A stretch of DNA of 64,000 nucleotides from Terriglobia bacterium (lineage in GTDB: Bacteria; Acidobacteriota; Terriglobia; JAJPHL01; JAPKYU01). Below, in pieces: positions 1 through 8,698 of this stretch. Each line of letters opens with the position of its first letter. Within the stretch, counting starts at the first letter, position 1. Below the pieces are notes generated by a model. It was not told where the DNA came from. It did not search any database and saw only the letters and a program-made list of their open reading frames with translations. The stretch is from positions 1,024,001 to 1,088,000 of the forward strand of contig CBDBKE010000004.1 of the NCBI GenBank assembly GCA_965206645.1, given 5' to 3'. A program made the translations under genes and the position numbers.

Positions 1-845
1 AGGCACCAAAACCACGGCCAGGACCGGGCCGGGAAAGTCACCGGAAAGCTGCGTGACCAGGACCGCTTCCAAAAACGAGCCTTCATGGATGCGCTCCCAA
101 CCGGGGGGATCATCCGGCCCGTCAAGGCGGGCCGGAGAAGAGTAATCCCGCGCCGGTGGGGGGCCCGCTGACGCCGTGGGAACGGCGGGCGTGGCCGCAG
201 CGGTTGGTGTCCCTCTGAGTGCTTCGATAAACGCTCGGTCCGCCTGGGCCTCCGCCGCTACTTCATCTTCGAGGCCGGTCGTGACCGTCCCAATCGTGTC
301 GAGGGCCTGTTCGAGCGCCGCCGCCCCTTCCGCTCTCATGGTGTCCGCCATGCTAGGTTCGGGGCGCATGGAAGCGCCCTCGCCGGTCGCTGCTGCGCCG
401 CTCGAGGGCTTCCAGCCGCAAGCGTTCCCGGAGTTTCCATTCTTCCTCGCTATAGGGTTGCCCGGTGTCGGGACTCGGCCCGGCCAGGAGCATCGCTTCA
501 TCGACACTCACCCGGCCCGCGCCGATCCCGCCTCCGCTGGCCCCCTGTTGTCGTTGCTGCCGTCCCTGCTGCTGCAAAGCCCGCTCCGCCGCTTGTCGGC
601 GCGTCTCCGCTCGAAGCGACTCCGCTTCGACCTGCGCGGCCATCTGATTGGCGAAGCTCCGGGGCGCGGTCTGCTCTGCAGCCCGGATCGGGCGAAAGTT
701 CCGCTTCCTCGCCGCCTCCGAAATAAATCCAGTACGTCAGGAACACGAGGACCAGAAGGGTGATGATCCCGACGCCCCATTGAGTGACGATGCCGCCCGG
801 CAGCGATCCCGCCGGTTTGGGGTACAGCCGCCGCCAGCCGATCAC
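1..845 (-). pseudogene. virB10: VirB10/TrbI-like T4SS core protein, two frameshifts, runs off the window
   Basis: GTG at 845 overlaps the virB9 stop (GTGA). N-terminal TM segment (WGVGIITLLVLVFLTYWIYF), coiled-coil part (353-643) and the motif IHEGSFLEAVLVTQLSGDFPGPVLAVV (bases 1-90) lie in three different frames. Confidence 0.75.
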
Positions 846-1681
846 GGCCCGATCTCCGGCGCGGTGAAGCGCCATCGGACTTTTTGTTTGCCGATCTGCA
901 ACCACCCGTCACCCAAAACGTGGCGGGCGATATACAGCCCGTCCTCGCCCAGATCGTAGGCCACCAGCGCCGGTTTCCCGTCCTTCTCTTCGTACAGTGC
1001 GGGCGACTCCTGGGGGTTGGCGCGAAGGTAGGTAAACCGCCCGTCGTGCCACATCCCTTCGACCAGGAACGGCCATTTCTTCGCCTTGTCCTCCAATCGG
1101 TAGGGGAACTTGAGGCGCGTGGGATACTCCGCCCGGAACGCCTCGGTTTTCTGTGCCTCCACGCGCGCCGCGTCCGCGATCCGGGTATCCGCGTCTACCT
1201 GTGCGGCCTTGGCCGTCTCGATGGCTGTTTTCGCCATTTGCTGATAGGCCGCAACCTGGGAGCGAGCGACAAAGGCCGGTTCGTGCCCGACCGGTGAAAT
1301 GCGCGGGTCGGCTTCTCCCTGCGCCTCGATGCGAACCACCAGGTGCGGATCTCCCGCGCTCCGCTCGGTGACGAGGAATGAATAGATGCGCCCCGACTCG
1401 CAAACCAGCGCGACGTTGGTAGTCACGCCCTCGGCGATAGGTTTGAGGAAGGCCAGATTTGCGGCCCCGGTCAGGTGCCAGTACTCGGAATCTCCGACGA
1501 CAAAATCCAGCACGTTTTCCGTCGCGGGAAGCACGATGACGGTGGTGTGTCGGGTCTTGGCCCGAATCCGGATGATTTGATCCTGGGTCTCGATGACGCG
1601 GAGCACCGGCCCGCCGTCCTGAGCGATCAGCGGGCCGGTAAGAGCAAGTAGCGTGGCCGTGATAAGTGAAACGATTTTCAA
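842..1681 (-). CDS. virB9: VirB9/TrbG-like T4SS protein
   Basis: Signal peptide; TTVIVLP..E, VGDSEYW, FLKP and WHDGRFTYL motifs; lies between virB4 and virB10. Confidence 0.8.
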   Translation of the reverse strand: MKIVSLITATLLALTGPLIAQDGGPVLRVIETQDQIIRIRAKTRHTTVIVLPATENVLDFVVGDSEYWHLTGAANLAFLKPIAEGVTTNVALVCESGRIYSFLVTERSAGDPHLVVRIEAQGEADPRISPVGHEPAFVARSQVAAYQQMAKTAIETAKAAQVDADTRIADAARVEAQKTEAFRAEYPTRLKFPYRLEDKAKKWPFLVEGMWHDGRFTYLRANPQESPALYEEKDGKPALVAYDLGEDGLYIARHVLGDGWLQIGKQKVRWRFTAPEIGP

Positions 1682-1687
1682 CGTGAG

Positions 1688-4111
1688 CTACCTCCTGGAC
1701 AGGTGTTCAATGGCCTCGGTGAGGCCATACTGTTTGACGGCTTCCGCCCGCTTCTGAGCATCGACCGGCGACGAGGTATAGAGCCAATAGCTGGCCGGAT
1801 CGACTTCGAGCCGCAAGATGCCCGCCGCGTCGGTGCGCCGTAGATAAAGCTCCCGTTTGGGGATCAAGCCGCGAATGGTGTTCATTTCCGAAGGGTTGAG
1901 CCGGAAGGTGTCTGCGGCTTTCTCCGGCAAATCGGGATTGGCGAGAAATAGCTTGGTCGGCATGGATTCGAGCAACGCTTCCGCCCCTGCGGTTCCGGTT
2001 ACGTCCACGGCGCTCTGCGTGGCGACGACGAGCGCCGCATTCTTCTTGCGCCAGGTCTTCGCGGCTTCGGCCAGGTAGCCGAGAATGGCCGGGTCTTGGA
2101 GGTAGCGCCAGGCTTCATCGACCACCATGAGTTTTACCCTTGCGGTCTCATCCGGGTTCTCCAAAGCTAGCCGCAACCGTTCGAGAAGGTAGAACAGCGC
2201 TGCTTCGCACAAGTCTTCGTGCTCCGCCGCGCCCGCCATGTCGATCACCTGCCAGTCCTGGAAGTTGAGATCGTCTCCGTCTGCCGGGTTGTCAAAGTAC
2301 CTGGCCCACGCTCCGGCTCCGTGCCAACGGCCCAAAGCGGGCCACATCTTTGCGGGAAGAGAACGGACCAGCACCCCAAGGGTCCGCCGCTGGGGTGCAA
2401 AGGCATAGAGGTCTTCGACGCGGGCGCGAATCTCGCTGGGGTCTTCGCCACTGAGTTTCCACCCGCCGATCCTCAACAGACGCGATATCCAGCCGGTTAG
2501 GAACCCGAAGGTGCGCTCCCCGACCGGGAGCGAGAAGGGGCGCAACCGGAAACCGGCGCTCCCGCTCCCGTCGGGGGATAGCTCCATATAGCCGCCGCCT
2601 AGAAACTGCGTGAGCCAGCGATAGGAGCCGCCGAGATCGAGAATGAGAACACGCGGATCGTATTGGAGCGCCTGAACCAGCAGGAAATTGAGCAAGAAAC
2701 TTTTACCCGCGCCGGTCGCGCCGAGAACCAGCGTGTGCCCCACGTCGCCTTGAAACAAATCGTAGTGGTAGGGAGTCCGCCATTGGGTCTCAAGGATCGC
2801 CAGTGCCGGCTTCCGCAAGTGGCCGCTCCGGGGTGTCCCCACCGGCGGCCCGAAGATCGGGGCCATCGAAGCAACCGCGCCCGCCGATACAAACACGGAT
2901 CGAACCTGCCGCCGTCGCGGTTGCGCGGGCATCCGCGAGAACCAGGCCGGAAGCTGCCCGTAACCCTCCCGGATCACCTTGGCGTCGTGGCTGTTAAAGA
3001 TGCGCCGAATATCTCCGTCCAGGCTCTCGGTCTCCGATAGCGGGCCGTGGATCGCCACGGTCAGGGCCAGGTCGCCATAGGCGATTCCGTCCGTCTCCAA
3101 CTCGACCAGGGCATCGCCCAGCCGGTCGGATTCAGCCGCCGCTGCGGTGTCCACCATCGCCGCCGTCGTCCCTTCGGTTTCCTGAACGTGCGCGGACATC
3201 GAGTAGCGCTTCGAGAAGTAATGCCGCTGCGCCCCACGGATTTTGCGCCGGGCGGCATCGAGGCGCTGCGGCCGCCATTCGAGCGTCACCGTCATCGTTG
3301 CATCGAGCCGGTAAAGACCCTGCAGAAGGTTGGCGCGGGCCGCTCCCGGTGGCGAAAGCAGCGAGTAGAGAATGACGGGTTCCCCGTCCAGGCGCAGATT
3401 GCGCCGCTCCGCTTCGAGCTCTGAGATGGCCAGCCGCCAATTCATGCCGCTGCCCCTCGCGCCGTCCCAAAAAGTTCCGGGCCGGTTCGTGAGTTCATTC
3501 AAGACGAGAGACGATTCCCGCGCTTCGAGCATCCGCACCGGCGTAAGGTCATCGACCAGCGCCCGGCTTGCCTCGACCAGCTGCCGAAAGCCCGCCGCCG
3601 CCGATTCGATAGAGGAATGGAGGTAAACGGATTCATGCCGGTTCCGCCGCCGGGCCATCCAGTTCTTGGCATAGGCCATCCACCACGGCCCGCCCGTCCT
3701 CTCGGTGGTGACGGCGGACAGGTGCGGATCGTGAACCCATGCAACGTAGGCGCTCACGTCCTGCACTCGTTCTTCCAGGAACGCCCGGCGCTTGCGCCGT
3801 CCGAGCGTGGCCACGCTCGACGCCGCGCCGTCGGTATCGTCCGCAAAGTGGATCGGGCGGCGCAACAGATAGAAGTAAAGACGCGTCCGGGAATCGAGCC
3901 CCGACAACATCCGCTGCCAGCGGTCGATCACTCGATCCAGTTGTTCGGGCGTCTGGCCGTCCAGAACGCTGGGCGTCACCCGCCCGATGCTCAGAAGTTC
4001 TCCCGCCCGCGTCAGGCACGTTCGCCCATCTCCCAGCCAGCCCCACCAGGGCAGTTCCTCGGCCAGCGATCCCGCCGCTTCGTAGTCCATGAGTTCGTTG
4101 TCCACATTCAC
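1688..4111 (-). CDS. virB4: VirB4/TrbE family T4SS ATPase
   Basis: 807 aa; GHTLVLGATGAGKS Walker A, LDLGGSY, VVDEAWRYL Walker B, RKKNAALVVATQS. Confidence 0.92.
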   Translation of the reverse strand: MNVDNELMDYEAAGSLAEELPWWGWLGDGRTCLTRAGELLSIGRVTPSVLDGQTPEQLDRVIDRWQRMLSGLDSRTRLYFYLLRRPIHFADDTDGAASSVATLGRRKRRAFLEERVQDVSAYVAWVHDPHLSAVTTERTGGPWWMAYAKNWMARRRNRHESVYLHSSIESAAAGFRQLVEASRALVDDLTPVRMLEARESSLVLNELTNRPGTFWDGARGSGMNWRLAISELEAERRNLRLDGEPVILYSLLSPPGAARANLLQGLYRLDATMTVTLEWRPQRLDAARRKIRGAQRHYFSKRYSMSAHVQETEGTTAAMVDTAAAAESDRLGDALVELETDGIAYGDLALTVAIHGPLSETESLDGDIRRIFNSHDAKVIREGYGQLPAWFSRMPAQPRRRQVRSVFVSAGAVASMAPIFGPPVGTPRSGHLRKPALAILETQWRTPYHYDLFQGDVGHTLVLGATGAGKSFLLNFLLVQALQYDPRVLILDLGGSYRWLTQFLGGGYMELSPDGSGSAGFRLRPFSLPVGERTFGFLTGWISRLLRIGGWKLSGEDPSEIRARVEDLYAFAPQRRTLGVLVRSLPAKMWPALGRWHGAGAWARYFDNPADGDDLNFQDWQVIDMAGAAEHEDLCEAALFYLLERLRLALENPDETARVKLMVVDEAWRYLQDPAILGYLAEAAKTWRKKNAALVVATQSAVDVTGTAGAEALLESMPTKLFLANPDLPEKAADTFRLNPSEMNTIRGLIPKRELYLRRTDAAGILRLEVDPASYWLYTSSPVDAQKRAEAVKQYGLTEAIEHLSRR

Positions 4112-4114
4112 GCG

Positions 4115-4411
4115 CTATCTCCGAATCAGGATCGTCCAGGGAGAAGCCGCCCATTTACCGGGATCGTAGCGGGCGCGAAACTTTGCGGACGCTCGCAGGA
4201 TTTCAAGCATGTTGGGGTCTTGTTTCCAGGCCCAAAATCCCACGCCGTAGAGCACTCCGAAAATGACTCCCCCGGTCACAATGGAGTTGATGGCGTTCCA
4301 CATGGCAAGGCCCAACGTGGCGCTCAACAGGAACCAGCGCCGTTCCACGCCCATGATCGTGAGGGGCTTGCTGAGCGCCGGGTATCCGCGCCATGTCTTG
4401 CCGCGCTCCAT
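4115..4411 (-). CDS. virB3: VirB3/TrbD-like T4SS membrane protein
   Basis: ATG at 4411 overlaps the virB2 stop (TGATG); ALSKPLTIMGVER motif, two TM segments, KQDP. Confidence 0.8.
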   Translation of the reverse strand: MERGKTWRGYPALSKPLTIMGVERRWFLLSATLGLAMWNAINSIVTGGVIFGVLYGVGFWAWKQDPNMLEILRASAKFRARYDPGKWAASPWTILIRR

Positions 4412-4704
4412 CAGAAGAGCCACGCCAGAAAGTTGGCCGCGCCCATGGCCATGCCAAGACCGAAGACGATCCCGGCCAGGGCCTTTTTGCTGCCGCCCTC
4501 GCCAAAGGCGAACATGAGCCCGCCCACCACGATGGCAATCAAGCTCAGTCCTCGCGCAATGGGTCCGGTGAACGCCGCCTGCAGCACGTCTATGGCTTGC
4601 AGCCAGGGGCTTGTTCCCTGCGCCATGAGTTCTCCCGCCGATAGTGCAAGGGCGCTCACCAGCAGCGCTCCCCGCTTCCAGGTGATTGAGTTGTTGTTCT
4701 TCAT
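4411..4704 (-). CDS. virB2: VirB2/TrbC pilin
   Basis: Signal peptide followed by SPW...FTGPIARGLSLIAIVVGGLMFAFGE hydrophobic hairpin. Confidence 0.85.
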   Translation of the reverse strand: MKNNNSITWKRGALLVSALALSAGELMAQGTSPWLQAIDVLQAAFTGPIARGLSLIAIVVGGLMFAFGEGGSKKALAGIVFGLGMAMGAANFLAWLF

Positions 4705-4736
4705 GCTTCCCTCCGTGTCTGTTGGGTCGCTGTGCA

Positions 4737-5060
4737 TCAGGCTCCGGGAAACTGCCCCCGGTCCTCTTGTTCCAGTTTCTCGGCAAGCTCGATTTGCCCG
4801 CCCTCGCCGCGCCGGATGGACCGCTCCATCAGATCGACCTTGCGGCCCATGTCGGCCAGCCCCAAGGCACGGGCGGCGGAGTAGATCACGACCATAAGCG
4901 TCACCACGGCCAGACCGCCATGCCACGCGACGGGTAGCCAGTAGTCGGTTGCGATGATTCCTAAGTACGGCTTGAGATAAGCGAAGCTCTCGCCGGCGAG
5001 CATCAAGGCCACGGCCAGGATGATGGCCGTCAGTCCAATGCTGATCTTCCACGGTTGCAT
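4737..5060 (-). CDS. small membrane protein of the conjugation operon
   Basis: 107 aa, two TM segments, co-oriented between relaxase-like gene and virB2. Confidence 0.6.
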   Translation of the reverse strand: MQPWKISIGLTAIILAVALMLAGESFAYLKPYLGIIATDYWLPVAWHGGLAVVTLMVVIYSAARALGLADMGRKVDLMERSIRRGEGGQIELAEKLEQEDRGQFPGA

Positions 5061-5070
5061 CGCTTCTCCC

Positions 5071-5970
5071 TCAGAGTTCGATAGAGCCCTTGTCTCGTCT
5101 GCCGCCGCTTCCCCCTCCGCCTCCGGTGCTGTGGTCCTGGCCGAGCGCCCGCGCTACTCGCGCCGCCGCCCGCCCATTGCTTCCATGCACGGCGAATCCA
5201 GCGGCGGCTTTTGCGCCGATACTCTTGGCGCTGTAGTGCTCGGTCGCAATCTCGACGTTCACGCGCCCGCTGCGGCCTTCGATGTCGCTGTATTCCAGCT
5301 GCGCGTCCGGGTACTCCACCCGTCCATCCTTGACGGGGAGCCCCAACTCTTCCGCCGCCTCAAACCGTGCAGCGTCCGCCGCCTCCTTTCCGCCTCGCGC
5401 TCTCGCGCTTTCCGTGGCGCGGGCGATCTCGCCTTTAAGCTCGGCGTCAATACGGACCCGCTTGAGGACGGCTCCTTGTTCGAGCAACCGCACTTGCTCA
5501 ATCCTTGCGGCCCGAAACACCGCAACATCGTGTTGCAGTTCATTGGGCTTCACGAGGCCGCTCCATGCCTCCTGCTCTTTGTCGAGTCCTTGTTCGCGGG
5601 CTACCCGCTCGGCCCGCTCTACTCCGCGCTCGGTGAGCGTGAGCACCTTGTAGGTGCCGCCTTGCGGCCCCTCGGCGCTGTGCTCCCGGACGTGCCCGGC
5701 CCGAATCATGCGATCCACGGCCCGACGCGCCGCGTAAGGGTGTCCATCGAAGTGAGCTTTGGCCAGGTCGCGGTAGGCGACACTCCGATACATCCCCAGG
5801 TCGGCCACCGCCCGATCCGCCCGCTCCTGGAAGTTCTTGCGCTTGGTGCGGGGATCGTATTCGCGCCGGTGGCCGTCGCGCTCCCGCCGTTCCCGTTCTT
5901 TGGTGTGGTCGCGCCTGGGGCGAGTTACGGTCCTGCGGGGATCGGTAGCTAGGTCTCGCGGATCGAACAC
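5071..5970 (-). CDS. Replication-relaxation (Replic_Relax-like) putative relaxase
   Basis: wHTH-like region (LTLTERG), LQHDVAV motif and PD-(D/E)xK-like YPDAQLEY...VNVEIATEHY; heads the T4SS operon. Confidence 0.6.
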   Translation of the reverse strand: MFDPRDLATDPRRTVTRPRRDHTKERERRERDGHRREYDPRTKRKNFQERADRAVADLGMYRSVAYRDLAKAHFDGHPYAARRAVDRMIRAGHVREHSAEGPQGGTYKVLTLTERGVERAERVAREQGLDKEQEAWSGLVKPNELQHDVAVFRAARIEQVRLLEQGAVLKRVRIDAELKGEIARATESARARGGKEAADAARFEAAEELGLPVKDGRVEYPDAQLEYSDIEGRSGRVNVEIATEHYSAKSIGAKAAAGFAVHGSNGRAAARVARALGQDHSTGGGGGSGGRRDKGSIEL

Positions 5971-5979
5971 GACGGCTCC

Positions 5980-7065
5980 TTACCGGCTCAACCCAACCTC
6001 GCGTTGGAGCTTCTGCGCGTGTTGTTCCGTGGATTGCTTCGGCGTCTGGCTGATCTGAGGCCCGCGAGCATGAGAATATTGGTGGCTCAACTCCGCCGCC
6101 GTCTTCTCCTTGACCGGCGCTTCGCGCTCGTGCTCGACCGCACGATCCATCAGGTAATCGGTCATTCGCTGCGCGTCCCGCGCCGCTCTATGAATCTCGT
6201 GCGGGTCTTTTTCGAGCACCGCAACCCAATTCTCGATATAGGCCGCGCCGCGCTGCGGGTCATGCCCCACGCCCACGCGCTCCCCCGTCATCATGGCGCT
6301 GATCTCGGCCCGCAATTCCTCGCGGGCGTACTCCGGTGATCCAAAGCCCTTATCCAGCCCGTCCTTGAGCGTGTCGCGGTTCATGCGATCCGGGTGGCCG
6401 GTCGAGTGGCCGCATTCATGCAGCGCCGTCTGGTAGTAGCCGTTGCGCGTCGGGAATTGGGACGGCTCCGGGAGCACCACCTTGTCCTCGGCGATCCGAT
6501 AGTAGGCCCGATCTCCGGGGACGTGCTCGACCCTCGGCCCGCTGGCCTCAATCACCTTCTCCGCATCGCGGTGGGCGTCCCATTCAGGCCGCGCCTGTGC
6601 CGAGCGCGGCTTCAACTCCAATCCATCGGCCTGCTCGACGTTGAACACGGTGTACTGCTTACAAATCGGCTTTCCACGCTGCTCTTCTTCGTAGATCGTC
6701 TTCCCGTCCTTGTCCTTGAGCACCTTGCCCTGCTCGTCCTTTGCGGTTCGTGCCGTCCGATCCGTGAAAAACAAGACCTGCGTCCCTTTCTCGCCTTTGC
6801 GAACCTGCCCGCCCGCTTCTTGGATCTGGGTGTAGGTACCCCAACGGTTGTCGCCCCGTCCATCGCGGATACCCCGGCTCATCAGGTAGAGGCTGTTGCC
6901 GCCCGTGTAGGATTTGCCGGTCGAGAAGTTTTCCGGGCTGCTCTGCTCCCCCGGCTTCCACGGCTTCTGCCATGGCGCCACTCCCGCCTTGATTTGTTCG
7001 ATGAGTTCCTCGCTGACTTTCTCGGCGTAGTCTTCCCCGCGCTGCCAAAAGGATTTTTTAGCCAT
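5980..7065 (-). CDS. ardC: ArdC-like ssDNA-binding antirestriction protein with zincin metallopeptidase domain
   Basis: PWQKPW, YTGGN, WGTYTQ..GGQVRKGEKG, VFNVEQ, HECGHSTGH, YAREELRAE. Confidence 0.9.
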   Translation of the reverse strand: MAKKSFWQRGEDYAEKVSEELIEQIKAGVAPWQKPWKPGEQSSPENFSTGKSYTGGNSLYLMSRGIRDGRGDNRWGTYTQIQEAGGQVRKGEKGTQVLFFTDRTARTAKDEQGKVLKDKDGKTIYEEEQRGKPICKQYTVFNVEQADGLELKPRSAQARPEWDAHRDAEKVIEASGPRVEHVPGDRAYYRIAEDKVVLPEPSQFPTRNGYYQTALHECGHSTGHPDRMNRDTLKDGLDKGFGSPEYAREELRAEISAMMTGERVGVGHDPQRGAAYIENWVAVLEKDPHEIHRAARDAQRMTDYLMDRAVEHEREAPVKEKTAAELSHQYSHARGPQISQTPKQSTEQHAQKLQREVGLSR

Positions 7066-7255
7066 CGGGTGCCCCCGTTTCAATTCGCTCTTCAAACTTC
7101 GCCCGATGCTCGATCATCCGCCCAAAACCTCCGTCCCTCGGTTTCCACGGCTTCTGCCAGGGCGCATCGCCACGCTTGATCTGCTCCATGGCTTCCGCCG
7201 CAACTTTCTTCGCAGGGCCTCTCCCAGGCTGACCGGCGCTAGTCATGGGGATCAC
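7058..7255 (-). CDS. short ORF duplicating the ArdC N-terminus
   Basis: EAMEQIKRGDAPWQKPWKP parallels ELIEQIKAGVAPWQKPWKP in ardC. Confidence 0.45.
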   Translation of the reverse strand: MIPMTSAGQPGRGPAKKVAAEAMEQIKRGDAPWQKPWKPRDGGFGRMIEHRAKFEERIETGAPDG

Positions 7256-7433
7256 TCCGCGCCGCGTCGATCTCTTCCACGGTGCCCACGTCCTCGTTCA
7301 TAGGCACTCCGATCTGCTCCGCCAGTTCCCGCGTCAGTTCAACCGCGAGCCCTCGATTCAGCGCCTCGTGAAATTCAGCCTCGGTTGTGGCCGTGGCGTA
7401 CTTCTCGCCGTTCTCGTCCTTTTTGGGAATCAT
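7239..7433 (-). CDS. small acidic hypothetical protein
   Basis: 64 aa, GAGAGGGAG RBS-like sequence upstream, co-oriented with ardC. Confidence 0.5.
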   Translation of the reverse strand: MIPKKDENGEKYATATTEAEFHEALNRGLAVELTRELAEQIGVPMNEDVGTVEEIDAARSDPHD

Positions 7434-7454
7434 GGTTTCTCCCTCTCTTGGTTG

Positions 7455-7922
7455 CTAACGCCCATCAAGAAGTGAAGGCCGCTTGAGGGGCGCAGACCCC
7501 CAGGTGCGGCCGCAGATGATGCAGGCGGGTTCAAATTTGGCGCTCTCGGCATATCGAGCCTCCCCGGAGACGCTTCCCGATCCGTTTTCGGACCGGGAAG
7601 GCTCCGCTGCCACGATGCTGTCCGAATCGAAGTTCGCGGGGGAAGTATGATCCGTCACGCGGCGGCGCCAGCGTTCCCGGTAGGCCCGTTGCCGGTCGCG
7701 GTGATCGAGCCGTCCCTCCCGGCTTTGCTGGTGCCGCCGGTTGGCGGCTCTCAGTTGTTGCCGCCGTGCTTTCCGCCGGCATCGGTCGCTGCAGTATCGG
7801 TGGCCCCGGTCACAATGACGGCAGATCCAGAACACCGCGCCACAGCCGACACTCCGGCAAAACCGTTGGCGCAGGGGCTCTTCGCGGGTCCCCATCGCCG
7901 CCCTTCCGGCGGGACTGGCCAA
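7455..7922 (-). CDS. Cys-rich putative zinc-binding hypothetical protein
   Basis: CRSVGC..CRHCDRGHRYCSDRC, Arg-rich helix, CIICG. Confidence 0.55.
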   Translation of the reverse strand: MASPAGRAAMGTREEPLRQRFCRSVGCGAVFWICRHCDRGHRYCSDRCRRKARRQQLRAANRRHQQSREGRLDHRDRQRAYRERWRRRVTDHTSPANFDSDSIVAAEPSRSENGSGSVSGEARYAESAKFEPACIICGRTWGSAPLKRPSLLDGR

Positions 7923-8109
7923 CCGCGACTCGGCTTGGCAGGCGGGATCTTATCTACGGAGGACGTTCGGTTGTTTTTCGGGTCGGCACAAAAAACCCGA
8001 TCGCTGCTAACGGTCGGGGTTTTCCCTTTCCGCCTTCGGCCAAATCACGCGCCAGACCGCGTATCCCTCGCCTAGCGGCGGCTGTCACTCGCTTTGCCTT
8101 AGCTGGTCC

Positions 8110-8394
8110 TTGCCAGGCATCGCGAACGGGACGCACGACGCGATCTTAGGCGTGGCTATCTCAGCGACCCCGATCCTCCTGGTGCTCTGGATCATCAATC
8201 GGATGCGTCACCGGGAGCGGAGCTTCCAGAGCGCGGTCGGGGTCTCCCTCTTGGAATTCGTCCTTGTGCCTTCCGTATCGGCGGGCGCTGCTTTTCTTGG
8301 GGTTCGATCCGGCGGGGAATTCAATCAGGCGCTCGGTGTGGGTGTCGTTCTCTACATCCTCGGTTCTTGGATGTTTCGCCGGTGGATCATGTAG
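8110..8394 (+). CDS. small membrane protein
   Basis: three hydrophobic segments; start uncertain. Confidence 0.4.
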   Translation: MPGIANGTHDAILGVAISATPILLVLWIINRMRHRERSFQSAVGVSLLEFVLVPSVSAGAAFLGVRSGGEFNQALGVGVVLYILGSWMFRRWIM

Positions 8395-8678
8395 AGCGTA
8401 TAGGGGCCGTTGACGCGCTTGTACTCTTTCCGGTGGCCGGGGTTGGTGCGGGGCAGGCTGCACAGCGCCATCATTCGCGCCATGAAGCCTGGATCGGGGT
8501 CCGCTTCGCCGGCGCTGACAAGCTGGTTTACTTGATCGGCCACGGTGAAAGAGTGCCGCGCCTGGGGCGTGGCTTCGCGGATCGCCTTCACCGGCCCGTC
8601 AGGCCGGAGAGAACTTCGGCGGCGAGAAGCAATCCTTGTTTGCTCTGCATGCCCTATTCTCCCATGCCCCTCAGACAA
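8385..8678 (-). pseudogene. repA: N-terminal remnant of plasmid RepA (pSa/IncW-like RepA family)
   Basis: ADQVNQLV..EADPDPGFMARMMALCSLPRTNPG..YKRVNGPYTLYM, closely matching the 27796 copy, then truncated. Confidence 0.75.
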
Positions 8679-8698
8679 GACAGGGACACTACCGGCGT

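Noticed and set aside
3617-4897. Long plus-strand ORFs opposite the virB genes (similarly 9588-11078 alternative frame, 41296-42180, 51881-52840)
   Set aside because: Shadow ORFs of GC-rich coding DNA with no motifs
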